A stretch of 63,164 nt of DNA, filler included, from Perkinsus chesapeaki ATCC PRA-425 (taxonomy: Eukaryota > Protista > Perkinsozoa), in assembly GCA_013115145.1 (NCBI GenBank). It is 7 parts of 7 records of this genome, joined end to end, with 100 filler letters (N's around TTAATTAATTAA, not from the genome) between each part and the next. Parts side by side here need not be neighbours in the genome. Positions count along the whole stretch, not along the records: positions 40,248 to 54,111 come from JAAPAO010000774.1; positions 54,212 to 59,366 come from JAAPAO010001183.1; positions 59,467 to 61,860 come from JAAPAO010001617.1; positions 61,961 to 63,164 come from JAAPAO010002105.1; 3 more parts are not named here. One strand, 5' to 3'. A model generated the notes under the pieces. The model searched no databases. It worked only from the letters and a program-made list of their open reading frames with translations, and was not told the origin of the DNA. Made by a program: the position numbers and the translations under genes. Below, piece by piece: positions 52,003-63,164 of the stretch (position 1 is its first letter; every line of letters begins with the position of its first letter).

Positions 52003-54495
52003 CAGCTGCTGTGTGCATGCTATTGATAAGATGTAAAGATATCTCACAGCAGTGTTGAGTTGATAGGGACCACTTCGGACCATTCACTTGTCGTGCACGA
52101 ATCTTCGCGATATCGGCGATATCAGATGCACATCGCTAATACTCCCGTTCTCATAGCAACTTGAGGCTAACCTGTAAGATTCTATCTGCAAGCCAGGTCA
52201 TTGATAACACATCATCCTCTCTTGAGTTCTGACAAGGAGTCCAGACTCCGACGCGGAGCAAGCAACTCACGCGGATAAGTCAATAGCCAGTGGGTGACTC
52301 GTTAGCCTGTGGACTCCACCTGTGGAGAGAGAATGGCGCTGTATTCGAGATGCCTGAACGACACGCTGAGATGCGCACATTCATACCGCGAGTTGGAAGT
52401 TGATTGTGCTTTGGTGTGTTCCCAACTGGGTCCGGCTCCAGGGGTGGCTTATACCACATGTACGACGACCTCATCCTCTCGCCTAATGTTGTGCCGCCAC
52501 GAGAGACTATTTCGTGGGTACATGTAAGTAACAGTTAGATGGTATTGGTCTGTACCAGTGACATTGTCATTGATTCGCAAACTGGTTTGGGCTGATCCTC
52601 GAGTCGGATATGATGAATCTCGGATGAGGCTTGTGCTGGCTCGCCGTTTGCGCCGTGAAGTTCACTATTTTCCCACAAGATGGCTCCCTCCGCACAAAGG
52701 CCACTCAGCAATGATTATGTGGTCATTTTCCGTTATTATTTGTTTGCTATGATGACGCAGTGGCGCCCGTAGGGCTACTGTTATACTGGCTGTGGTATTT
52801 ATCCATTTTTTCGATTAGAGTCCTTGTAGATTGTGCTACTCTGTCTCTCTATTGTCGACAGAAAGGTAGCATGTTCATGCGTGGGAGTTGGTCCGCACGC
52901 AGGCGATAAGCGCCACGATCGATTATCGCTTAGAAAAGTTTCAGACCAACTGAGTTATATCTCTGAGTTTTCCGCACTCGGGCATAAGTGTCGAGTTGAC
53001 AAACAGGCGTCCTCCGTAAGGGATCGAAAGTTACACAGCTATTACATCGTTCTGGAGGCAGTCGTGTCCGCGAAGGACTTTGCTTGATCGTCGAAGAAGG
53101 TTTGACTGAATAGTGTGCCGCCAGGGAGCAGAGTTTTATAGGTTGTTTTGCGGTCGTAACCTGAGAGCTGTTGATGATGGCATTACCAAGTTTTTCGTCG
53201 GCCTTGCGTTGTCTAGTCTCATTGATCCGCACCACGGAATTCATGACGTTTGTTATTGTGTACGAGGTAATGTGTGTAATGTGTATACAGGATGAGTCGC
53301 ATGCTGTGATCCACAACTTAAGTTGGACCTATCAAAGTTCACTTACCGATATCGCTTCACACCCATTCAGTATTGGCCGCTTATGGTTTACTGCACAAGA
53401 GACGAAGCTTTCTCCAAATCCCTACACATTTCACTCGCTCAAGCAAGAGCCTGTATAAATATCGAAAGGCAACAAATCCTTGTTGCGGCAACGCAAGTTC
53501 CTACTCGAGTATCCGGAGCATTTACGGACAGTATCTTGCTGCAATCTATAGAAAATCATTTTCTTTCGAGGGGTTCTATGCTATAGAACTTCTCGAAAGG
53601 GAAACCAGTACGACTAGGGCGTCCTCCCCAGTTCAGTTAGTTCTGAAGGGCTATATGCCGCGGCAGTCAGTAGCTGCACTGTGCGGTGCACAGGTTCACC
53701 CCAGACTTCGCACCGCTCCCCTTTGTGTTGCATGGCGGTGAAGTCATCTGCCCCGCGTGACACCGGGCAGGTGACCGCCCGCCGTCACGGCAGGAGACGG
53801 TGAAATGTTTGAATGCTGTTTCTGGCGCAACGCGACGCTTTCCTCTGCTCCTTTCTAGCTCGTGTGGTCGTGGTCGTCAATCAAGGATCAAACTCGAACG
53901 CCATCAGATCGTTATAGCTCGGCCCAACATCCCTTATGTCTACAACAGAGCTGATGGTAATATCGAGACTTCCGCCGAGAAAGATGTGAAAGCAGAGTTG
54001 TGGAAATACATCAAAATGGGCGATCTCCACTCGATGCAATTGGAGGGATTCTATCTCAGAATCGGAGTTCCGGGCTCCAACCACAGTACTTCTCTTCCCA
54101 CTTCCCTTACTNNNNNNNNNNNNNNNNNNNNNNNNNNNNNNNNNNNNNNNNNNNNTTAATTAATTAANNNNNNNNNNNNNNNNNNNNNNNNNNNNNNNNN
54201 NNNNNNNNNNNTTGTTGTACTGTATTTATGGCAACGCTTGTCCGTCTAACTGATCTGAGTTAAAATGGGTAAAAAGACGGCACAGAGTGTAGGCTGTATA
54301 GGTAAGCATAGAATATGTTTCTGGAACCCTACACAAGAGGGAGGGGCACAAGACGCCATTAGGAGTGAAAGCGGGCCTAAGGCCCGCGATAGAACCTTTA
54401 TATCCATTCATTCCAGTAGATTCACTCATTGGATTCCACTAAACTTCGAACTAATTTAGGATTTGTTTGCAAAAGTCCGATTTTCATTTTCCTTC

Positions 54496-56624
54496 ATGCC
54501 CGGTGCTGCCCATCATAGTGACCATTACTCTCTAGCAGTAGCGGCAGTCACCACTGCTGGCTTGGCCGCGGTTAGCTACTACGTCTACTGCAAGCTGCGG
54601 AGAGATAATAAATCTCCTGGCGATTCGAAGAAGGCATCAGTGGCAGCCTTGGAGATACCCGATGATGAGGACCATAAAATATACATTTATTTTGCCTCTC
54701 AAACAGGGACGGCTGAGGGGTTCGCCAGCGAGATTGCGGATGAAGCTCAGGAGTTGGGTCTTCACACTGAAGTGGTCGACCTGGAGGAATTCGATCCTGA
54801 TACGTTCATGGAGCACAAGAATGTCATTATTGTCGCGGCGACCTATGGCGAAGGTGACCCGCCTGATAATGCTACGGAGTTCGCTAATTGGCTGTCGAAG
54901 GAGGCGACTCCAGATTTCTTGGAGAATATGAAGTAGTAGCTTCGATGGGAGAGAGGGTGTTCTGGCACATGCAGGCTGACACAAATTAACAACAGCTCTT
55001 AATGCAGTTCGTACTGGTTGTCGGGTTTGGAGCGTATTTTCTTGAAAATATTTCGTATCATATTTCTGCAATAGTAATATTTTTTGATCTGCTCCGTATC
55101 AGCTTTATGTTACAGTAGTACCCCTTTTCCTGTAGGTTCACGGTAATGGGTCTGGGCAATCGTCAATATGTCCATTTTAACCATTTTGCTGTTACTGTTG
55201 ATGCAAAGCTTTCCGAACTCGGAGCCACTAGGATATACCATCTCGGGCAGGGTGATGACGATGGTGATATCGAGGAGGACTTCGCCAAGTGGAAGGATGA
55301 GGGCTTGCTGGATGCTGTACTTGCTGAGATGATGGGGGTGAGAGAGAGAAGTGCATCGGCGGCCTCTACGGAGAAGAAGGAGGTGCCGGATGTCAGAAAC
55401 AAATTGAACTTGGTGGCGAATTTCGACAGTGTGAAGACGAATCTGCCGTATGACGCTACTGTTCATGGAGGTGGTATGGATGTGATATCCAAGTTTTATT
55501 TCACAGCTGATCAAGCGACGGTGCAGGATGTTCGTGAACTCCGACAGAAGCCGGATCTGGAGGAAGGTCTCACCACTGTGCATTTGGATGTTGATATTTC
55601 CACGCTTCCTGGAGCTCGTTATAGAACTGCTGACAACCTGGAGATATTGCCGAGGAACCCGGAGGCCGAAGTGTTGGCTATCGCTGAGCGTTTTGGTTGT
55701 GAAGATAAGCTGGACATGTACGTCGGCTTCACACGCTCTCTGGCGTGCACCAAGACCGTGGTTAAGAAACCTTTCCCGACGCCGTGCACTTTGAGGGACG
55801 CTCTTGCGCTTTATTGCGATTTGAACGGTCATCCGACCAAGGCATTTGTTAGAGATATGTGTTCCACCGAGGCGGGGGCGCTGGATCCTGATGAGCTGAT
55901 GCAGCTTTGGAAGGGAAAGTTGGTGACTATTGCGGAGGTTACGTGCGACACCTTCAAGGCTTCTCCGGTGAGTATTGGGGAATTCCTTCAGATTGTGCCG
56001 AGGCAGAAGTGCCGGGCTTATACCATATCTTCCTCAAATTTGGAAACACCCAGGACAATCTCGGCCACAGTTGGCCTTATCCACCACCCTCGTGCCGACC
56101 AGAAACCTTTCCGTGGCGTCGCTACGGAGAATCTTTGTACTGTTGTGAAGCCTGGTGACAAGATGTGGGTTCAAGTTAGAGCATCGAGTTTCCGACTACC
56201 AGCCAATCCAACAGCTCCAATCATTATGATATCGGCTGGTACGGGTGTGGCACCGATGAGAGCGTTCATGAGGGAGTTCACGATCAAGCCTCGACCCGCA
56301 GCCAAGAAGATAATGCTGTTTGGTTGTCGATACAGCGATAGGGATTGGGTGTATGCAGACGAGATGAAGGAGTTCGCGGAGAAGTCCGGCTGTAAGCTGT
56401 TCACTGCTTTCTCGAGGGAGCAGGAGAATAAGATCTATGTCCAAGATTTGGTCACAACAACGGCCAAGGCGGATTTGCAGGAGGCACTGGAGATCGATGC
56501 CTATGTTTATATTTGCGGATCTCAGTCGATGGGCCGCAGTGTGATCGAGGCGCTCCGCACAATCGGGGCGGATGTGGATAAGATGCGGGGAGACAAGAGA
56601 ATTGTTGAGGAGCTGTGGGGATAG
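54496..56624 (+). CDS. POR: NADPH-cytochrome P450 reductase (N-terminal TM, FMN, FAD and NADPH domains); one intron at 54933-55135
   Basis: TM anchor; FASQTGTAEGFA, ATYGEGDPPDNA, GLGNRQY, RAYTISSS, ISAGTGVAPMRAF, LFGCR, YICG, terminal EELWG*. Confidence 0.95.
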
Positions 56625-57049
56625 GGGGCGTCTTTCTCGCTTTCCTTGAGAGACTCGCGCCACGTTTTGAGCTCTGCTACTTGTAAAAAACTTTTCTTGT
56701 AAAGAACTGCTGTTGGGTTTGAGGTGCTTGTCAGGGCGGATGGTTTCGTTTTCAGGTGCCCGGAAGGTGATAGGAGGGAGTGTTTATTACCTGGGAAATG
56801 CGATAACATTTTTACGGTTATTTGTAAATCTATGAACCATGGTGTGATTGACAGAGCGTACTTGTTGAGGAGGGAATACATATTTCCGATATTGGAAGGG
56901 ATGATATGATACTGTTGACTGTTCTAGTAACGAGCAAACAGATGCCGGCAGTGCTGCTGTTGCTGCACTGTAGATAGCAGTATCCCCTGCACATGATCCA
57001 TAATAATAGTGTATGGTGGACACTATATTAGTTACTGTTTTTTATACCA

Positions 57050-59190
57050 TTGGCTATGCTCTCTACATTGTGCAAACTGTCCCCCTCAACGCTCCTGTCT
57101 AGAGGCCGTCCTCTAGTGCGTCTGATGAGTACTGGGAAGAAGAGAAGGATGCCAACACCTGCATCACAAGGCAGAACGGATACTCACTGGATGACGATGC
57201 CCGAGACCGAGCAGGATACACCAATAATAACAATAAACGGGAAAGAGTAATACTGGGGGACCTGCAGCTGTCGAAAATAGCCGGCGATGTGTACGTAGAG
57301 GGTGGATCGATTGCCATACAGAAGATCTACATGCCTAGGAGTGCTGTACTAAGGTCGACTAAGGTTACAGCAGTTGCTTCGGCAGGATGGTGTTCTTTAA
57401 TTCTGGGATTTATTTTCAAAGTGATATTTTTACACAGTATTCATTGTTATATTGCCAGGGGCGATTAGGAGAGATGCGAGTATGCTGCCTCTGCAATTTT
57501 ATTGGCGAAAGTACTACTTTATTTTTATGAAAGTGTTCAATGAAGATCTTCTATGGCTTGAAAAGTCAAGTGGGTAGATACCTCCTCTGTTACTTTGTCG
57601 CGGCGTAGAGATTGTTCTTTATTGATAGGTATGATTGGAATTCTATACCAGCATTTACTCACAAAAGCGTATTAACTATGCTGCAGCATCTACGAGTGCC
57701 GATAGACAGCGAATGTGGTGGAAAGGGAGAGTGCAAACAGTGCACTGTGAGTTTGAGGGGAGATACGGAATCTTACCGGTATCCTTCACTGCGGAGTTGA
57801 ATAACTTGATTTTTGGCTGTTGTAATCGACGATGGAATTTATGAGATGTCTCTAAACTTCCCCCATGCGTAGGATGACATGCAAATGACGCCAGAGTGGC
57901 AAGCCGGCTCATTATTGCGAGTAACGGTCATCGGTATTGTATAGAGTCAATATAATACTAACACAATGTATGTCGCATAAGTAGTGTATATAGTATATGT
58001 ATACAGTAGACACCACATGACGTCCATTGCAGTGCATTCATTTGAGGTTCATTTCGACGGTGTAGAGGGAAATGCTCTGGCATGCCAGACTCCAGCAGTA
58101 GCAGGAATGAAGCTTGAGGTGGTGTCGGCGAAACCGAAAGATACGGAGCCGGCGAATCTTTTGGATGAGGTTAAAGAGCCGGGTAAGAATATTCTCGATG
58201 TGGTGAGATGTAGTGGAAATATGTATGCAACTGGGTACACTGTACAGGTTGGAGTATTTCGACTCCTCCCATTTTTTATAAAGCTATCGTGGTGAAGTCT
58301 AGGAATTTATCTCGACTCGAGATTCTCGAGCAACAACGGAATAATTCACCCCTAAACTTCCCTCCTATTTTTGTTGTAATTTTTACCGGTTTTTTATAAA
58401 AATTTCGGAAATTTTGGTTCCTTTTTGCAACTACGGTGTTGTCATCCCCGAAATTAAGAAACCGTGGAATTCGTATCATCTTAGCGACCCGAAGAGAAAG
58501 TTTTCATTGAGAAAAGTGAAATTTTGAAGAAAGATGATTCAATTTTGTTAGGCATGATTGCGGACTTTGTAATCGAGCAGTGTGAAGATTGGATGGTCGG
58601 GAATGAAGAGGAGTGTCTTGCTGTACAATACGATCTGTCGGGGAACGCCAAGAAATATTCCGAGGCACTTAGAGAGAAACTAGGGATGTAGGTGGCATGT
58701 ACGAGACAGTGTGATCTAGCTGCTGTAATGGTAGGAAGCGAATAGGGCAGCTTATGGGTGACAAGGCGTTCATTCATGTGGATGATAAGGACCTTACCGA
58801 TATGGACGCTTTAATAATAGCCAAGATGCTACGGTGAGCTTTATAGAGGGCTTCGTTTCTCTTTGTAGAGGAAGATCTGTTTAATGAGAGAGATTGACTT
58901 GGTGAAATTTTACATTTCATTGGAAATGTGTGAAGTTGTAGATTTCTCTGTAAATGACAGCAGCATTGTTTTGCTGGTTCAAATGTCATCGAATATGCTT
59001 ATTATTGTTATTAATATTGTAGGGCATTATTGTCATCAGTAGGGGGTCAGAGTTGGTTAAATATAGTACTTGTGTTTAGCTTCCACAATACGGACTGCGA
59101 GATGTTGGATATTAACAATAACCCTCGGATGGGCGATTCGGGAGTTGGGGCTATTGCGGAGCATGTAAGCAGGGGCGTATGTAGATATTA
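57050..59190 (+). CDS. Putative mitochondrial 2Fe-2S ferredoxin-domain protein with RI-type leucine-rich repeats; 3' truncated
   Basis: Basic/hydroxylated presequence MAMLSTLCKLSPSTLLSRGRPLVRLMS; ITINGKE; SECGGKGECKQCTV; ALACQTPAVAGMKLEV; later exons DKDLTDMDALIIAKMLR|FHNTDCEMLDINNNPRMGDSGVGAIAEH. Confidence 0.62.
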
Positions 59191-59260
59191 TTAAGCGCTT
59201 ATAATACTCGAGTATTATTGAATAGAGTGAGGGTGCACTATAAAGGCAGTCGGGTGCAAA

Positions 59261-59366
59261 TAGTAACATATTTCCTGTCAAACTCCTTTCTATTATATCT
59301 CCTCCTCCGCCGTATCACTAGTAACATATTTCCTATCAAACTCCTTTCTATTATATCTCCTCCTCC
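59261..59366. repeat. 58-bp tandem repeat at contig end
   Basis: tagtaacatatttcct(g/a)tcaaactcctttctattatatctcctcctcc at 59261 and 59319. Confidence 0.85.
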
Positions 59367-59466
59367 NNNNNNNNNNNNNNNNNNNNNNNNNNNNNNNNNN
59401 NNNNNNNNNNTTAATTAATTAANNNNNNNNNNNNNNNNNNNNNNNNNNNNNNNNNNNNNNNNNNNN

Positions 59467-59539
<73 letters not shown>
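59467..59539. repeat. (ATT)n microsatellite
   Basis: About 24 consecutive att units at contig start. Confidence 0.97.
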
Positions 59540-61032
59540 GTTATATTATGATAATACCATACAATATGTACAATAATGATAATATAATGACACATATTAA
59601 AGAATCTATTAAATCAAATGATACTGATAATAATAATAATAAAGATAATTGGCATATAATAGATGGACATAAGTATTAGTATTAGTATTGTATAATTATT
59701 ATAGTATTGTTATTAGATATATAAATAATAATAAAAAGGAAGAAGAATATGATGATGAGAATAAGGAGGGAGATAATAATAAGGAAGAGCAAGAGCAAGA
59801 ACAAGAGCAGCAGCAGCAGCATAGTGAGCATTATTATTATAATGATATATATGATGAATCAATAAGTATTAATAATAATGATGTAATATATGATAATATA
59901 TTATTATTAATTATTATTAATTATTATTAATTATTATTAATTTGCAGCTAAACAGTACATTGTTATTATTAACTGATAAAGACATCATCATTACATCCAA
60001 CAATAATAATCAAGCATCATCATCATCATCATCATCGTCGTCGTCATATCCATTGATAAGATTTATACAGGAATTTACTAGAATACCTGGCAGCAGCAGC
60101 AGCAGGAGGAGGAGGAGGAATTTCATGGATTATGGTATTAAGGAAGATGAAGACAATGATGATAATAAAATGAACGTTGATGATAATAATAATAATGATA
60201 AAGAAATATTAGATTCAGATGATTATAAGGTGGATGATGTATGTAGGTAATATATATTATAATAAATATGATTATTGCATAATAATTATTATTAGATATT
60301 TATTATTACCAGCATCAATAACATATAATAAGAATAGTAATATTATAAAGCATTATATCAGGGGACTATTTATATTATATAACGGTGGAAATGAAGAAGA
60401 AGGTTATTATGATGAAGATGATGAGGATGAAGATTATATATTAAAATATGTAATAGTAATTCGGGTTATTATTATTATTATTTAATATTATAAAGGTAAT
60501 GGGTATACCTATAATAAATAGGATATCATTATATAACAATAATAATAATAATAATGAGGAGGAGGAGGAGGATGGTGGTGGTCGGTTGATAACATTGATT
60601 AAAGGTATTAAATCGAAGATAATAGATGATAAAAATAATAAAGATAAATATAATAAGTAATAATGTATAATTACAGCAGTCTGTAATACCACATGGATAT
60701 AATCAGGTACGATAACATTGATAATAATGTAAAATATGAAGTAATAGAAAGAGTAAGTAGTATAATCGTAATAAGTAGTAGTATTATCAATATTATTAAT
60801 CTTACTTTAGATACTTGAACAATATCTAAGAAAATTAAAAATAACTCTAAATGAAATAAGTACATGGCAAAGATATAAAGTTGATAATAAATTAATAAAT
60901 ATTAAAAATAATTTTGTAATAATAATAACTAATAATAATAAGTGAGTAAAAATTACTTTTATAAGATAAATTTGGCGAATAAGGAATTGACAAGAATGAT
61001 GGTTTATGATGATAATAATAAAAATGGTGATG

Positions 61033-61063
<31 letters not shown>

Positions 61064-61540
61064 ATGGATGGGAACATTCATGCCAAGATGTAACAATATC
61101 ATAATATATATGGTAGTATTATACTACATATTAATACTACATATTAGATAAATATTTATTAGAAGATGAGCTTAATAATAATATAATATGTAATTATATA
61201 CCAAAATTAATAAATATATGGTATAATAATATATCGATATTTACAAGGTAGTATTATTAATAGTAATTATAATATTACTAATAATAATAGGTTGTTAATA
61301 TCAAATGAATTAAGATTATCAATAGAGTTAATATATTGGGGAATAAGGGTAATAATACTTAGCAAGTTAAACAAGAAGAAATATGATAAAGAAGAAAATA
61401 ATACAAAAAGGGTGGTGGATGATGATGATGATGATGACAATGACAATGGTAATGATGATTATGATAATAATATGGTAATAATGTATTTTATATTATTACT
61501 TAGTCGGGTATTATTATTTAATAATATATTTAGGAATTAA
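59540..61540 (+). CDS. AT-rich hypothetical gene fragments with poly-N/D/Q/S tracts
   Basis: Several ORFs with acidic and Asn homopolymers separated by intron-like AT tracts; no family recognised. Confidence 0.3.
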
Positions 61541-62736
61541 TTCATACAATATTAACAGCACTCTCATCAGCATCATCATCAACATCATCATCATCATTGT
61601 CAATAAATATATGTAGGTAGATGTGAAGGGAATATGTTATAATACAACAACATTCAGACATGTGATGATACTGATTTTTTATTTTTATTCTATATTTATC
61701 CGGAGGCACAGTTTCTCCTGCAGGGCAGTATGACTGTGTAGCCGCAAGGCTTGCGACACGTGAAGTAGCATGTACTAAGCGACATGCTACTCCAGTCAAA
61801 CATGTATGGACAAGTCCTCTCACTGTCTTTACTATCGGGTATACTTTACTATCGATTCTTNNNNNNNNNNNNNNNNNNNNNNNNNNNNNNNNNNNNNNNN
61901 NNNNTTAATTAATTAANNNNNNNNNNNNNNNNNNNNNNNNNNNNNNNNNNNNNNNNNNNNTTCAGGCAGCATGTGGGGAGTTCTTGGCAACTCAACATGG
62001 CAGATATCACCGCTCTTCGAGTCTCCCGCTTTTTCCGTTGAATCCAGGGTTGCATCAATCGATCGTGAAATGAGTTTAACAGTTAGTCCCCTCGGCGTGC
62101 TGGCTTACCGTGCCAGCAGAATCTCAAGTCGACTTGTTTTTAGTATTGATGAGTGGGGTTTTGTGTTATCTCCAGGAGTAACCCTGACAAGGATAATGAC
62201 GCATCGGCAACGACGTCATCCAAATCCCGCTACGGGGTGTACGACCAACGAAGCCTAGAAGGAAACGGTCGTTGATATACACTCTTTATGACGACTCAAC
62301 CTCATAGAAGGATCACCGTCGCTCACCAACAGCCACACTCGCCGGATAGCAAACAACAATTTTCAAGTAGGCATCGAGCCTGAAGTTCAGACTCTGAACC
62401 CGAAAACGCAATTGGTGCCACCTTCGAGTCATGGAATGTTTTGGTGGTTTGCACTATACCTTCGTTTTTCCTTGTCTAAGTTCGTTATCAGTCTATGTTG
62501 CCCAACTCCACCTTCACCACTCGCATGGTTACCATGATCGCTAGACGTAGGAGACATTAGAGAATAATAGTAATATACAAGCCCAAACAGATTCTATAAT
62601 GAGGGCTAAAAATGTGCATACGTGCTACAACCGTTTCGTCACGAACCGTTTCATCTTCACAGCTGCCAGCGCTCGCCTGACGGCCAGTCATCGAAGCTGT
62701 AAATACTTCTTCATCGGCATCATCTCGGCCTCCCAG

Positions 62737-63116
62737 CTACGATGGCAGGCCTGGGAGTAGGGGTGACACAAATTGTGTCACACAATCAGCTTGAGCAATG
62801 TTGGCGTGGTTAACAATACTCTCGCGCTTGGTCTTGATGTTGCGAACGCGAAACCTTCTCACCATCTTGTCCTTACCGGGCAGCAACTCGAGAATGTGGG
62901 CACCGAAGATTTGCTTATCATTCTTGACGAACACAGCCTCACCAACGGAAAAGTCGTGCGCGGGAAGACGGCTGTTGGAACCACACTGTCATGCAGAGTC
63001 TGCACTGCAGACCGATCCTTCAACTGTTGGAAGTGGAAAGACAGGAAAGAATTCCTGATAGCTGACAACCGACTGGGAGCCGTTCCCACCATGGGTGTAT
63101 AACGATTGGTACACAT
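62737..63116 (-). mobile_element. Degenerate LTR-retrotransposon integrase C-terminus (BEL/Pao DUF5641-like), frameshifted
   Basis: RNSFLSFHFQQLKDR, then after a frameshift FSVGEAVFVKND...ILELLPGKDKMVRRFRVRN; resembles EYL..L..R...VGD.VL......I.EL.PG.DG.VR.V.V. Confidence 0.5.
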
Positions 63117-63164
63117 AAATTACGTACACATGAAACTCGTACACGGAATTTTTGACTTTTAACT

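Noticed and set aside
55110-56663. Long antisense ORFs (240 aa, 155 aa) over the P450 reductase
   Set aside because: Shadow ORFs of a codon-biased, highly conserved sense gene.
57050-59190. FeFe-hydrogenase or complex I 75-kDa subunit
   Set aside because: Only the first 2Fe-2S motif is present; no HxxxCxxC, 4Fe-4S or H-cluster (TSCCP) motifs follow, and the downstream exons read as LRR.

Overview
Eukaryotic, intron-rich protist DNA with many short GT-AG introns (about 30-60 nt). Gene content and intron style suggest an alveolate such as Perkinsus; this is inference, not a database result. The window is not one locus. Six artificial N44-TTAATTAATTAA-N44 linkers join seven contigs (1-9476, 9577-31292, 31393-40147, 40248-54111, 54212-59366, 59467-61860, 61961-63164), so adjacency across linkers is meaningless. 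Recognisable genes: a tandem pair of tetraspanin-like membrane proteins, a METTL16/RlmF-like and a BMT5/DUF2431-like RNA methyltransferase, DNAJC11-like, a RluA pseudouridine synthase, a fucosyltransferase-like glycosyltransferase, an ABHD17-like hydrolase, a PP2C phosphatase, two glutathione synthetase paralogs, GDP-mannose 4,6-dehydratase, enkurin, NADPH-cytochrome P450 reductase and a retrotransposon integrase remnant. Best leads: (1) an SR/OCRE-like + cold-shock domain + PP2C fusion; (2) a putatively mitochondrial 2Fe-2S + LRR protein; (3) a spliced antisense gene and a perfect 19-bp palindrome nested in a 2.44-kb RluA intron; (4) a glutathione synthetase paralog that keeps intron positions but has lost catalytic motifs; (5) a duplicated two-gene cassette with small Cys-containing secreted proteins. 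No prokaryote-type system (CRISPR, defence operon) or RNA gene is supported. Exon structures were read by eye, so gene ends are approximate.
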